Shown here: in pieces, positions 23,381 through 37,953 of the stretch
Layout: every line of letters begins with the position of its first letter
How positions within the stretch are numbered: the stretch's first letter is position 1
Assembly: GCF_964204645.1 (NCBI RefSeq)
Contig: NC_134029.1
Coordinates: 19,400,950-19,464,949, forward strand
Direction of reading: 5' to 3'
Length of the DNA stretch: 64,000 nt
Source of the DNA: Tubulanus polymorphus
Lineage: Eukaryota > Animalia > Nemertea
Program-made: the position numbers and the translations under genes
The notes under the pieces: model-generated
The model's input: only the letters and a program-made list of their open reading frames with translations
The model's database searches: none
What the model was told of the DNA's origin: nothing

Positions 23381-25447
23381 GAAAGAAACATTCAGGGGTT
23401 CCTATTATTCATTGTGAATAGCTTTCGGATGGGACTGAAAATAGACTCATGATGTAATTGCAATTTGTTGCTTTTCATTTCGTTCAACAATGAATTACCT
23501 ATTATATTATAAACAACTATTGTTTATCAATAAGTAGACAGTATTATTGTGTTAAAGTTCATGAACAGGATTTTGAAATTTACTGTATACCTAACAAGCT
23601 CCACGCCCTTGTTAGTTGTCTGTATCCCGGTGGCTGGTTGCAGGTTTCACCGTCACATATTATCACAAACCACACATACAAGTATGGTGTAAGCCCATAC
23701 GATCATAAAGCATACATCGCCAACGATGCAGACGCTCCGTAACACGGGTAGTCCTCCGTCACGGACCACCGAGCGAATCTTATACTGTAGTCAGCAACCT
23801 GTCTGATGGTGACCTTCATTTGGGGGCATGCTTGGATCCCAAATGGTAAAACTCTCCCCGCCCCCCAAAAAGACCACATTTCTAATAGCTACAATAATAC
23901 TGAATCAGAATATATATAGTTTTCCTATGTTTATGATTATACACAATTTTTATCACAATGATTATACGCAATAAAGTTGAAAACCGGATAATTATGACCA
24001 AAATTAAATCAGTGAAATCTAAGAATTTCTTAATTGATTATTACACGTGGATAGGGATTTATAATGTATATATAATGTCCCAGTAGTGTATCTAATTAAA
24101 ACCTGTTTAAAATCGAGGTAAGGCTTTTAACGATTTCAGTTGTGGTTAGATTTTTAAATTGATAGTTCACTGTATAATTGTGACCGCGGTTATTATTGAT
24201 TTGTCACCAACGGGATCTTTGAATTCCGCTTGAGTGATAGAATGTTTAACAAATTGTCCAAGAAATAACGAGTCGCGACACACAGAGTTCCTGTCTCCAG
24301 AATTACTTTTATTACACGAACTGATCTCAACGATCTAGATGGTTACAGCGGTCTCCCTTAACCGTTCAAAACAACAAGTATATATAGTTCACTTCTTAAT
24401 TATCTAATCAATAAACCCATTACCAAAACAGTAAAAATTGTCGTTAGCTCAACCTGCGTTGGACGAAAAACCATTCAATCTCACTTCAGGCAAGCTGCCC
24501 AGAAAATTAGTTCCTTCCTTGAGCGGTTCCAAAAGTTCTCCCTATCACGAATCAGCTCCATCGATTGTAGTTATCTTGACTGACTGCGGTCCTCCTAAAA
24601 CCTCCAAATAAGTCACTTTCAGGAAAACCGCCGTCAGTTTGTCCAAAATCACTGATATATTGCTCTGTGGGGATTTTTTTTTATTAAGAAAATAAAGACA
24701 TAGGCCTAGCTGGAAAAGCTTTTATTGTGAAATTTCTAAGTGGACCCTGAGCCATTCCACCTGATATACGGGTTCCGGAACAACGGCTAAGATACTAGAC
24801 CAAGCCGCGGCTGTTTGTCAAGGGCCGAAACGTTATGGATTCATTTTTATCAAATGACATTCGAATGTGGGACTTTTTCATTTAAAATGTGAATTGCATA
24901 ATTTTCAAAGCGCATCACTACCGCCAAAAATTCGACTAAAACCCCATTTTTCAATCCACGCCATATCTACGTGGCTTCGTGCTGTTTCATTAAATGGGAA
25001 ATCCGACATTTCTGACATTCCCCGCGGAAATCTACGAACATTTACAGAAAAATATTTCAATTAAAATAACCATGTTCAATGGGAATTCCGGAATACTGTT
25101 TCCATTACTGTTTCATTATTCCATATAAAATTCATAAACCAGCACAAATTTCACACTGCTCAAAAATTATAAGTTCATGCCCGGATCCCGAACGCGATTT
25201 TATGTACCGCGTATTGCTGAACTTTCAAGCGTTTTAATAAATGCAGCTCATACGGCGGTTTTTAGCACAATGCAAAATTTGTTCATTCAAATTTTGCCAC
25301 ACGATTTAGAGTTCCCGGTACCTGTATATTGTAAGACAAAAAACGTGATATGTGAAATACCTTCCCAAGTGTTGAGTATTCAATTTGTGCGTTTATCAGG
25401 CTGGAATGATTATTTGGCAATAGTAAGCAGATTGAAGCGCTAACTTT

Positions 25448-26425
25448 TCAAACGAGTTTCTTCAGGGTGTGGAGAAACTGTTTGTTTACTATACAATACA
25501 GAATGAAATTAACGCACGAATCTACGTCACCCGATATATGAGCTATATCAAACGCCACCTCCCAGATAACCGCATTCGGCAACGCGTAAGAGCGCACTTT
25601 CGAAAACGTTTCGGGCATTTCCAACAGAAGAAAAGTTATACTCATCGATATTACCATACGAGTGGCTTTAGAATCGCCTTTCAACGTTTGTTGCGAGCCG
25701 GTGCCCCCTAATTTCTTTCGTTGTCTAAATTTTACGCATAATGTCGCGATAAGGGCCGTGTTTACGATGAGAATTATCACGCTCGGAAATATCAATCTGA
25801 AAACGGGATCCAGGAGCTTGTTGCAAAGAAAATATATTTTCGGGTTCTTAGAAGCAATACGGTATTGTTGGCCGTAACAGGGATTCGTATAATCTTCTAT
25901 TTTAACGCTCAATGGAAAATATATAGACCACAAAAAGAAAGACAACGTCGCCACGGTGATGATACGGTTCATACGCTTTTTTGTCCACCATTGACTGGCT
26001 TTTAACGGGAATAGAACGGTCAGAAGTCGTTCTAACTGTATTAGAACTGTCAACCAGTTGCGTTGGTACATGAATCCGAACCGCAACACGCGAGCTCCGT
26101 AGGCGTACATTTTCGGGTAAATGTGGAATGGATCGATAAAAACGTTATCACCGTAATTTACGTAAAACAACAAATATCTCAGAGTATCGGCCAGAAAGTG
26201 ACTCAACAGTAAACTGATATCGGCAATCGCGAGGCATTTTAACAAGTGTATTGAAGGGTGTGACGATTTCAATCTGGTAAAAATAGCGATGATTAAAGAA
26301 TTCATAACCAATCCGGTGAGCATAATCTGAGGTAGTACGAATACGTTGATGTAAAATCGACCAGACCATTCGTCATACTGCTGGACGCAAGACTCTTCTC
26401 GGGTTAGGTTCCGTACTGCGACCAT
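25448..26425 (-). CDS. Intronless class A GPCR, copy 2 of 8389-9366
   Basis: Intact 325 aa ORF with one amino-acid difference (A>V in TM5). Confidence 0.92.
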   Translation of the reverse strand: MVAVRNLTREESCVQQYDEWSGRFYINVFVLPQIMLTGLVMNSLIIAIFTRLKSSHPSIHLLKCLAIADISLLLSHFLADTLRYLLFYVNYGDNVFIDPFHIYPKMYAYGARVLRFGFMYQRNWLTVLIQLERLLTVLFPLKASQWWTKKRMNRIITVATLSFFLWSIYFPLSVKIEDYTNPCYGQQYRIASKNPKIYFLCNKLLDPVFRLIFPSVIILIVNTALIATLCVKFRQRKKLGGTGSQQTLKGDSKATRMVISMSITFLLLEMPETFSKVRSYALPNAVIWEVAFDIAHISGDVDSCVNFILYCIVNKQFLHTLKKLV

Positions 26426-27629
26426 CTCGACTGTTTGTTGTTACCACGATAACGTCAGGATTTCCACGCTATTTGCGCAGCATTTATTCCCGCATTATTG
26501 GCCACACCGGGTGCATTCTTTCTAGTCTAACGGGCGTCGGCTGCCTGGACTCTCATAGTGGCTGCGATCATCCGAGATCGCGTCGAAAATATTCCGCCGC
26601 ACGTAAAAACAATCTCGACAATTCAGGCTCAACTTTCGTTAGATTGACGTTTACAAAGACCCGTTCAATAACGGTTAATTTCAGGCAGTTCTTTGCCGAA
26701 AGATCGACGAAAACGCTCGCGATTTATAAATGATACACCGAGAATGAAAGAATATTTTTCTTGCTCACAATCTTCGAACTGGCAGCCTTTCAAAGACTTA
26801 CTTGTTCAACGGGCTCAATTTTCCTCCATTAGAAGATCGATGAAGTTGCAATTTGATGATAGAACGATTGCATCCATTATCAGAACGGGTTACCTCGATC
26901 GATCGATGTGTGTTGCGTAAAAACTTAAAACTGCGATATTAACAGTTGAATAAGTGTATTCCTAGCCTTGTCATTTATTCGTGATGTACAAAGTTACTAA
27001 CTGGTTATGTTTTGTTATTGGGCAACATTCCACCTAGTAATTTTTTAAACTCTAAGCAAGTTGCTGTGATGGGAATTCAACGGGTTTGTTGGTATGGCTT
27101 ATGATTCTTTAATTGAATCAGAACCCATTCTTTCACTCATTATCTTGAATAGTCAGTACGCGTCTCGCTAAGGTGTAATCAGTTCAAACGCACGTCTGTA
27201 ACAGCTGCTTTACCAAATACATTTTACGATAAAAAAATTGTAAAAAAGTTTCTCGGCAGAAAGATGCCTAAGATAAAGTCAGCCCCGATAACGCCCACAT
27301 CGGCGCAGAACGATTTTGGCGGTATAGAGAGTACGGCGGTATATCGGGGTGTTTTACTATGTATTTGTATAGAGATGTACATTGAGAAAGTCTGACGGTA
27401 GGCGGGGGGGGGGGGGTGGCTGTGTATGGGAGGGCGGTATATAGGGGGTTGATCGTATATACTAACCTGCCGAGTTCTGGGTGTTAAATATTTGGGTGGG
27501 ACTACAGGTAGTCATCGGATTCCGAGATGATTCAACTTGACAGGATTCTAAATTGATATTAGTTAAGAATATGCTTAAAGGTTAGAAACAAAATGTACAG
27601 GGTCAGTCTGGTATATGTATTCTAGCTAA

Positions 27630-28910
27630 AGGCGAGATGTCCTGTCCAATGAACCGCCGCATTGTGACAAAACCAGTTCATATTGTGTCCAGTCATGAGA
27701 AACACATTGCGCGCTGGTCTTTTAAATAGTTCGATTTGAATTGAACCAGTTCAGAGGATTAATTCTTAGCATACGTTGAATTCACTATACTGCGCATATG
27801 CGTATGTTCAGTCCTGGCGCGCGGTTAGGTGAGTTGAATTTAAAATTTTTTTTTCAGATAGCTACATTATTTAAAGAATTAGTTGAGACATTTAGGTCCA
27901 CAATATCAAGACTATGACGAGAGAAATCCCACAATAACAAAGCCCATTGATTTCTCTCGTCATCTTCATACACGGATATTGTGTATCTTCACGTCTAATC
28001 AAGAACTATGGTTGGCGAAGTTACCGGTTCATTTCGGGTGTGATCTCACACGCACAACTGACCTATAAATATCGATTCTTCTAGTCGAAATCAAAATTTA
28101 CACTGACCTAATCGTTGATTATTTTTTCAGAACGGCCATTCCTCACTTTTTCATCATCGGGATCTGATTGCTGTCAATAGCACCAGGCCGACTAAACCAA
28201 CACTTGTGATCGAATCAATCCATGATGCTCCACACAGAAATTGGCGGTGAGTACATTTGTTGTTTTTTAATCTTGGAGTAATCGTTTAACAAATGATCAC
28301 TCCAAGGTTTAATACTGTATGTTACAGACTATAATGTAGTCAAGTTAACAGTTCTAATGGTGATGGTTGCGGATTTTTCAGATAAGGCCTCCTGTGTCAG
28401 CCTGAGTCCAGGACCGGATTGCTTTCAATACATGTTGACCTGGCCAACAAACGCATTGTCTGGACCTGATTGCTGCTACGCATGCTGCGAACTAAAACTA
28501 ACCTGGCCCAATAAATAACTCATTTGATCTCAGTACTGTAGTCTGGACGTTACATCTCTCGAGGAAAATCTAACTCATCGAAATAATCCATGAAGCTCCA
28601 CTTATAAATCAGTGAGTACATATTTTAACTCTTTGTTGCATATGATATTTAGGTAAGGTCGGGTTAAGGTTATTCAAACAGATGGACCCTCGTTACAACG
28701 AACTCAGATACAGTAGGCTCCTAACACTCCTCTTAACTCGAATTAATTTGTGACCAGTGATTTGTGTTCGATAGAAAATTCGATAGAATTAAATTAATTG
28801 GTATCCTACAGTATAATTGCAATGGTTTCGAAATTTGTTTTTCAAGATATTTGATGATTCGGCTTATACTTTAGCTGATAATTTGACAAACCGAATTGAT
28901 ATTCTATTGT
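27630..28910 (+). repeat. Non-coding module copy B2
   Basis: Duplicate of B1. Confidence 0.85.
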
Positions 28911-30929
28911 AGCGAAAATATTTTCTGGACTCGCATGAAGTTCGGGTTTAACTATTTCACTGAATGGCTTCTTATCGTAATGATTTAAAAATGTACGGAT
29001 TCGGGTTCTCGAAGATTGTGAATACCAGGGTGGGCAATTTTCCTTGTTATCTGAATGAAGACATGAAATAAAACAACTCTTTTTGACCCTTAGAAACATG
29101 ATGACATTTGATGAAATCGTTTCTAATTCAATTCTGAATAAAGTTTATGGGATTTAGAATTTGTTCTGTGTCAGCTTGTCATTTTGTCCTGCGACAAGTG
29201 TAAATTAGAGTCGATCTTTATTCGAACAATTCAGTCCGATGTTTTAAACTTGTAAACGAGTACAATACATCGAAGTGGATAGAATACCATATTCTATATA
29301 TCGGTTGATTATCCCCGGTTAAAAGATATCGTTTAAAAAAACATACGCTGAGTTGTCAAGAACAACCCTGTAAAGCCGCTTGGATGATGGAAGGACGCTA
29401 CGCTCATCTGCCGCAGCCGAGTTTGAATAGTGTCATTTTTCTGTAGGTAGGTGAAATCCTTTAGGTAGGTGAAATTACTATTCAGCCGTATGAAATTGTA
29501 AAACCCATGGGATTTGTGGTAACGTCTGTCCATTGTATTACGCTTAATGCAGGCATATCGGTCTTTATCCTGGAACCACTTCCCTTCAAGTGAGTGTGTA
29601 TGATCGAACAAAATGTATATTGTATTTGGTTCATTTTGATTTTCTGGGGTAAGTGATCAAGAAGTATGGTGATAAACTACAGAATACCCGAGGGCTAGCA
29701 GGGTCCAGGCTGTAGATTGATACCTGCATTATTTCATATAAGGTTTAGAATCGAATAAAACATGTTACTATGATACTGTATGTAGTAACTCTGATATTAT
29801 TGTGAACGGGTCCGTCTAAATCCTATCGACGACAACCACTTTTTAAACGGCAGTTCGTTTCTGGAAATCCCTACTTTCATTGATCTTCAACTTTCATTGA
29901 TCTTCAATTAGTTTTGAGTCCCACTTCATGCTTTTACAGCACGCACTATCAAGATGACAAGTTGCGATCTGAATGGTCCAGCTCGCATTTGATTCGAGCA
30001 CGTCCTTTTGCGTTTTCCGCGATATCCATTCCAAAACCAATTCATCCACAAAAAATTAAAATAGATAACATTGATAATAACAATTCACTTCTACTTTATT
30101 GAAAATTAAGCCAACTGGTAAAGTGTATGATCAACAAATTTCATTATAACGCCATCCTTTTTATTGTCGGACACTAATATTGATGACGTAGTACACGTCG
30201 ATTCGCACCCCAATGACTCGTAGTATCAATGCATATTAAAAAATTATTCTAACGATCTTTTCGGAGTAAAAAAAGTCACAGCGGAAAAGCAGATCGGTTG
30301 CTTATAATAATTATGATTTGATAATTTTTTTAAAATTTTTTAATTTTTTCTATTTTATCTACATAGTAATCTTGAATTTACTTGGCTACTCTATTTCTTC
30401 TAGACAATCGATTAATTTATTAGAATCCAAGTATTCACAAATATCATATTTACAAAATCACACACGGAAGGTCGGCGTGAAACTTGTGCGTCTTTCAGGT
30501 CGTGAACCCGCGATCCCCGGTATTTGGTAACGTACAAAATGCGTAGCCTGATAATTCAAAAATGAAACATTATGCAATAGTTGGTTGTGACTGATGGGAT
30601 TTAGATACGGCCCCTTAAACGCCAAATGATTGTTGTATACCGATTATACGAAATGGAAGTAAAACTATGGTCTTCAATAAAACCTATTGTTTAACTTGTT
30701 ATTTTGACATTGATGAAGCTAATATCAATGGTTCAAAAGACCAAACAATAGGTTGATTGAAGACAATTAGTAACTAATATGGTTTTACCTCTATTTGGTC
30801 TCATCGGTATACAACAATCATAGGGTAAGGAACCATTGAAAATACAATTTAACTTATTGTTAGGGCTTTGGCCTTCAATTAAAGTTATTGTTTCGGAATT
30901 TGAACACTTCCGATTGTATAGCCATTAAG

Positions 30930-32305
30930 TCCGACTCCCGACACACCGGCATACTGACATACCGGCACTCCCGACATACTAACACTCCCGACATTCCGAC
31001 ACTCGCGACATACCGACACACCGGCACTCCCGGCAACCGGCACTGACGACATACCAGCACTCCCGACATACCGACACTCCCGGCACTCCCGTTATACCGG
31101 CCACATCGGCACTCTCGACACACTCGACACTCCCGACATACCGACACACTGGCCTTCCCGACACTACGGCACTCACGACACTACGGCACTCCCGACACTC
31201 TGACACACCGGCACTCTCGACACTCCCGACACTCCCGACATACTGGTCTTGCCGACACACCTGACACACCGCCACTCCCGACATACCGGTATTCCCGACA
31301 CACCGCCACTCACGACATTCCGACACTCCGGCAATCCGGCACTCCCCACATACCGACACTCCGGCACTCCCGACACACCGGCTCTCCCGACATACCAGCA
31401 CTCCCCACACTCCCGACACACTGGCCTCCCCACACACCGGCACTCCCGACATACCCGGCACTCTCGACACTCCCGACACTCTCGACACTCCCGACACTCT
31501 CGACACTCCCGACACACCGGCACTCCCGACGCTCCCGATATACAGGCACTCCCCATATACAGACACACCGCCACTACCGACACACCGGCACTCCCGACAT
31601 TCCGACACTCCCGGCACACCGGCACTCACGACATTACGACGCTCCGACGCTCCGCCGCTCCCGACACTCCGACACACCGCCGCTCCCGACACACCGGCAC
31701 TCACGACATTACGACGCTCCGCCGCTCCCGACACTCCGACACACCGCCACTCCCGCCGCTCCCGACACTCCCGACACACCGGCACTCACGACATTACGAC
31801 ACTCCCGACACACCCGACACACCGGTACTCACGACATTACGACACTCCCGACACACCGGCACTCCCGACACATAGGACACATCGGCACTCACGACATTAC
31901 GACACTCCCGACACACCCGACACACCGGTACTCACGACATTATGACACTCCCGACACACCGCCGTTCCCGACACACCGGCACTCACGACATTACGACACT
32001 CCCGACATACTGGTCTTTCCGACACTCCCGCCACACTGGTCTTGCCGACATTCCGGCACTCACGACATTACGACACTCCCGACACACCGGCACTCCCGAC
32101 ACACCGCCACTCCCGACACACCGCCACTCCCGACATTCCCGACACACCGGCACTCCCGACACACACGACACTCCCGACACACACGACACACACGACACTC
32201 CCGACATACAGGTACTCCCGACACACCAACACTCCCGACACACCGGCAATCCGGCACTCACGACATACCGACACTCCCGACACACCAACACTCCCGACAT
32301 ATCCA
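30930..32305 (+). repeat. Complex C/A-rich minisatellite, copy 2
   Basis: Same word vocabulary and the same first ~180 bp as copy 1, but a different internal word order. Confidence 0.95.
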
Positions 32306-32319
32306 GTATTAAACAAAAA

Positions 32320-32645
32320 CAATTAATCTACTCACGACCAATTTCTGTGTGATGCATCATATATTTATTCGAAAGGTCTTGGGTCACCAGTGTTGGTATA
32401 GTCAGCCTTGCACTATTGGCAGCAATCAGATCCTGATGATGAGACAGTGAGGAAGGGCCGATCTGAAAAAATAAACGATTTGATACATTACAAATTTTGA
32501 TTTCGACTAGAAGAATCACTAATTATGTATTGGTCAGTTGTGCGGGTGACATCACTCCAGAAATGGATCTGCAACTTCACCAAGCAGTTTTCAAATTAAT
32601 GGACCTAAATGTACTCGATCAATTCTTTAGATAATACAGCTGATA
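32320..32645 (-). repeat. Non-coding module partial copy C2
   Basis: Duplicate of C1, retaining an extra ~25 bp of module sequence. Confidence 0.8.
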
Positions 32646-33064
32646 AGAAACAAACAAAAAAATGATAGAAAATGAAGAGAAAATATTTCTGAATCAATGA
32701 AAACTAGTACCTTATATTTTTCTTTTTAAATAACTGTATAAAACATTTTGTACGAATATACACATAAATTCAGGAAATCGTTAAAAGAATTAATTTTTTC
32801 TTTCCTGATACAAGTTGATGCTGACAGTATACGGTAGGAAAAAATAATCTTAAACCGCCAATTTGTTTAATTAGAAACTGAGAAATACACGCTCATGGTT
32901 CCCGGCTACTGTCGGCAATTTCCGTGGTTGGTTACGTTGTAATGATGTCACGAATCAGTTGCCAGGAAGCTGTTGCCGCGTTGCTATGTTAGCATCAGTT
33001 TTCACTACACGTGAAATCGCTTTTACACGCGCGCTTTTGCTTGCAATTGTTGTTTTACGACAAA

Positions 33065-34647
33065 ATGGAAAATTCAGACGAAATGGTATCTAATTTTGTT
33101 GATCGGGTGTTGAGATCGAGCGTCGAGACGACCCCAAAATATGGTAAAAGCATAACTTTTACAGAAGTTGATTCCTAATTAGATAAATGCAAGTTTTAGA
33201 AAATTTTTCTTCATTTTTTAGATTCCGAAAACGAAAATGTATTCTGCCTCAATGGCGAATTCTACTCTGCGGAAAACATAAGAACACTTCCAGGTAACAT
33301 ATATAAATATGGAAAATCCGTTTTCAAATTGAATAAAACTTTTAACTAAACAAACTATAATCTACTTAAATCATACGATAGCCTGAAATTACTATGCTAT
33401 TCTGTAGGTATTCCAAAATCGTTCTGGTTATCAATCCGTCAGAGGTCTGCCGTGATTATGACCCATTATGAGACATCCCCGGGTGAAACAGTTAAAATGT
33501 TCGGCAAAACCATCGGTTGGAGCGATGGCACATTTCTTCAGAGAATCCCGTACAGTAACTGGTGGGAAGGTCACCTGACGGAACAACAACTCAGAACTGA
33601 ATACAAGCTGGCAGTTGTGAGTGAAAATGGAGATATAAAGTGGGAGCCGAGAGCTAATCGATTTGTTAAATCGGCGGGAATTTACTTCTGCCAGTGGGGC
33701 CAGGCATCCGTGATGGTCGATGGTAAGTTTTGATCTTGGTAACGTATGTTGCAAATAGTTACACAATAGAAACAGAGTAGGACGTTCCTGTATTTTCTGT
33801 TTTAGACAAGTCGAATAATCATCAAACTGCAGGAGGAATAAGAAAATTAACATCGACTGCAGCTCAACGAGACGTTGCCGAAGTGAACGGAATGGGAGCT
33901 GTGCAACTAAAACGCTATTCCGAAGAAAAGCTAGATGTAGAAAAGCATTTAGTTGAACACAAACCAGTGAGACCAGAGAGTGAGCGTTCACTTCCTCGTG
34001 AGATAAAAGCTGAAATTCATGTCACCGAATACAAAGATGGTAAATCATCTAATGATGCAGAAGAAAGAAATCGCTTAAAAAGAAACGATATCGAAGTACA
34101 AATCAACCAACCGATTATAGCGATTATACCTCCCACATGTGAAATCAAACCAAACATTTCTGGCATCGATTTCGAGGGTGAGTGATTTAAATCGGAATAT
34201 CTTACACTAAGATTGAAAATGTCTATGACTGGTTGGTAAATGTTTCATGGTTTTATCATTATTATACAGAACCAATAGATGACAAGAATATGATTACGGA
34301 AAAAGTTGACATTGATGAAATATCGCTTGATGGAAGAGAGCAGAAGAACATAAAACCAGGGATGGGAGTCGGATTAAAATCTGAAGAACCGACGACAAGA
34401 TGCGGTAAATCAGAAACTCGTGGTAAGAGCTTCACTGACTTGCAGATTGAGAAATCCGACTTTGCAGGTGTTGACATAATCCATATTCAATTTGTCAGCT
34501 TTTCTGATGAAGTTTGGAAATTGCAGTAGTCGTCATTCTCAACTAACTATTTACAAATATTCTCTATTTGTAGGAAAAGTGAGGAAATTCGCTAGATATT
34601 TACGTCGAGGCTTTCGCAGATTATTCATATGCAATGCTGGTCGATGA
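33065..34647 (+). CDS. CBM20 domain protein, 6 exons, copy 2
   Basis: Same exon structure and splice sites as 16348-17933, with an I>M change at the end of exon 3. Confidence 0.82.
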
Positions 34648-34969
34648 AATTGATATCAACTTCCATCATGTATATACTCTGAATGTGATGATTCGTAACT
34701 ACCAATACCTCCGCCTGAGTCTCATATATTTGTTTATACGACCTATGCCGCCAATAAATGTTATTTCTTCAAAAAGTCTTTTAACAGAGATTTTCGTTAC
34801 TTGTCCACCTGTAAGGAACTATAGTGATCTTCAGTGACGCGTTAGAAGCCACCAAGGGGTACATACAATAGGAATGTTTATGCAGGATTTATGGGTACTT
34901 CAATTTCATCAGAATTTCAGCGTGTGTAATTGGACTTTGGCACACCAAGTATAAATATAGTAAAATTAT

Positions 34970-36240
34970 ACACGATTCAACCGGTTACAAGCGGGTTACA
35001 AGTCGGTTTTACGAGTAAAATTTCATAATCAAGTTCAGGGAATAAATAAAAATACCTTGCTTTATCGATACATTTTTATCAATTAGAACTCTTATCTCTC
35101 ATCTTAACTCAAATTCTTTAAAGCCGAATTATCAAAAAAACCTTGACCACAGAATTCGAAAGCATTGCGACAATAGAATATCAATTCAATTTAGTTTAAC
35201 TCGAATTATCAGCCAAAATCAAACACAAATCACTGGACGTCATAAATTAATTTGAGCTAAGATGACTGTTAGGATCAGTCTGTATCTGAGTTCGCTGTAA
35301 CGAGGGTCTATCTGTTTAAATAAGCTTAAACCCGACCTAACCTAAATTTCCTATGCAACAAAGTGTCAAGATATGTACTCACTAATTTAAAAGTGGAGCT
35401 TCGTGGATTATTTCGATTAGTTATCTTTTCCTCGGAACATCCAGACTACAATACTCCGATCAGTTTAGTAAAATCGCAGCAATTGGCAGCAATCAGGTCC
35501 TGAGGAAGTGAGGAAGGTCTGACGTTCACAATGCATTTGTTGGTTAAGTCAGCACGTTTCGAAGTCAGCATGGCAATCAGGCTGGAGAAGAAGGGTTTTT
35601 CTGGAAAAAAAACCGCAACGATCACCATCGGAACTGTTAACTTAACTCGATACATGTACATCATAGTCTGTAACATCCAGAAAACAAAAAAATAATCTAC
35701 TCACCACCAATTTCTGTGTGGAGCATCGTGGATTAATTCGAAAGGTCTTGGGTCACCAGTGTTGGTTTCGTCAGCCTGGCGCTATTGGCAGCAATCAGAT
35801 CCTGATGATGAAAAAGTGAGGAAGGGCCAATCTGAACAAAATCAACGATTTGATACATTACAAATTTTGATTTCGACTAGATGAATCAATATTTATGTGT
35901 AGATCAGTGTTGTGCGGGTGAGATCACTCCCGAAATGAACAGGCAACTTCGCCAACCAGTTGTTGAAATTCTGGACCTAAATGTACTCAATCAACATTTC
36001 TTTATAGCAATCTGAGTTTTTTAAAAAGTCTAAATTCAACTCACCTAACCGCGCGCGAGGACTGAACATACGCATATGCGCGTGTATAGTGAATTCAGCG
36101 TATGCTAAGAATTAATCCTCTGAACTGGTTCAATTCAAATTGAACTATTTGAAAGACCAGTGCACAATATGTTTCTCATGACTGGACACAATATGAACCG
36201 GTTTTGTCACAATGCGGCTCATTGGACAGGACATCTCGCA
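34970..36240 (-). repeat. Non-coding module copy D2
   Basis: Duplicate of D1, ending at the right boundary of the duplication. Confidence 0.85.
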
Positions 36241-37953
36241 CTAGTTAGAATATATATTCCAGCATGAGGTCCATGAACATTTCTAACTTTTTAGAATATT
36301 CTAAACTGATAATCTTTAGAATATACAAAGTAGACAGATATTTAAACCTATCCCAATTAAGGTGATACTCTTATACAATATCTCCAATTTAAACTTCGGA
36401 TCGTGTCAAGTCGAATTTTTACAGAATTCGATAAAATATCTTAGAATCATTCGTAATAGATTCATTCAAATTTCCCGATTGTCTTTAACTAATTACCAGT
36501 GAACACATGACACAAATACTAATCATTTTACAATTGATTATCAAATTGATTCCAATTGGCAGTCGGTTTTACTGTATGTAGAATAATCATTCTTCATTAA
36601 AAATATCAAAAACAAAAGCGTTTCTTTGAACCTTATACTTTGGAGTGATATAAATATTGAATAGTGATATCTAAGTATTGAGATAATTTTACGGTAAATT
36701 TGTTGTATAACCCGTATTTTTTGGACGTAGAAATGCATAGTTTTCAAACTTATCGAAAATCAGACCTTTAATGGTTAGCAACATTTATCATTAGATATTA
36801 CGATTTTTTTTACCGTAAAAACTGTAACAATAATGGTTATTCACTACCCGTATTCGCGGCCTGCCGGGGCCTTCGTCGCGGGTAGGTCGAGATGGCTGAG
36901 CGAATCGTGTACGTACTGCTATAGGGTCCAGAAGGTTAGGGTATTAGGTTTAGAGGCAGGTTTTAGAGTTAGGGTAAGGTTTAGGAATTACGCTATATAG
37001 GTATGGGTCCGGACCGTTCGGCTTCTGGGCACCGTCGTTATGTTGTGCCAGGATGAGACCGTGCACGTCTTTTACTTCTAATTCCAATTCCGTGCTTTAT
37101 CCTGAACCGTTACGAAACTTCACTGCTCGCGATGGCAAAAGAGCGATGAAACGATTAAAACCATGATCACGTAAAACCTACCACTTTTCTTTAAGTTTGT
37201 GGCAAAGTGTATGTAGTGGTGCTAATTTTGAGACTGTTATTGATGCGTGTCATTTTCGAAAACGCCGATACAGGGTGGGTCTACACTAAGGCCCTATCAA
37301 ATCCAATTTAAATAAATTTATTTGATAATTTAGAACGTTTCATCAGACTGACACAGGGACTTGTCACGATTGACAGAAAGGAGCGTCTGCAGTTTAGGTG
37401 TCCTTGATGGTTATGTACCTAATCTAACCTAACCATAACATTAATTTCTAATAACACTAGCACCACAGGGAAGGTGGCCTTAATTAAACTACTGCAGTTA
37501 GACCGATGGATAGAAATAATCTGGATCGAATAAATGACCAGCAGCACTTTTTCTATAAAAGCGAAATTATAAGATGATTCCCTCCTTCTTAGTACTTCAG
37601 AACAGCTGTGTCAAGTTTTCAACAACTGATCAAGGCCTAATGAAAAATACATCCGACTTTCTCCGTCCTATCAGTAGTATTACGCCGGTTCCATCGCTCT
37701 CAAACAAGTATCTCACATAGAAATATTTCACTCTTTACCATCGCAATTTTGTTCAAACTGGGGATCTACCAGACTCCTCTATCGTTTTGGCAGTATTTTG
37801 GCCCAAGAGGGTTCATTTGCATTGCTAAAATTCACACAAGTAATTGAATATAACAATTGTACAACAAAACCTCTATTGATTGCCTTACATGTCTTGATCA
37901 GCTATTGCTGTTTTACATTATTTTTTACTAGTGACAAGGACTGAGGTGATAGA

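Larger units (their letters stand above)
19547..36257 (+). repeat. Tandem segmental duplication, unit 2 (~16.7 kb)
   Basis: Matches unit 1 up to CTCGCACTAGTTAGAATATATA (~36257 versus ~19544), after which unique sequence resumes. Confidence 0.97.
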
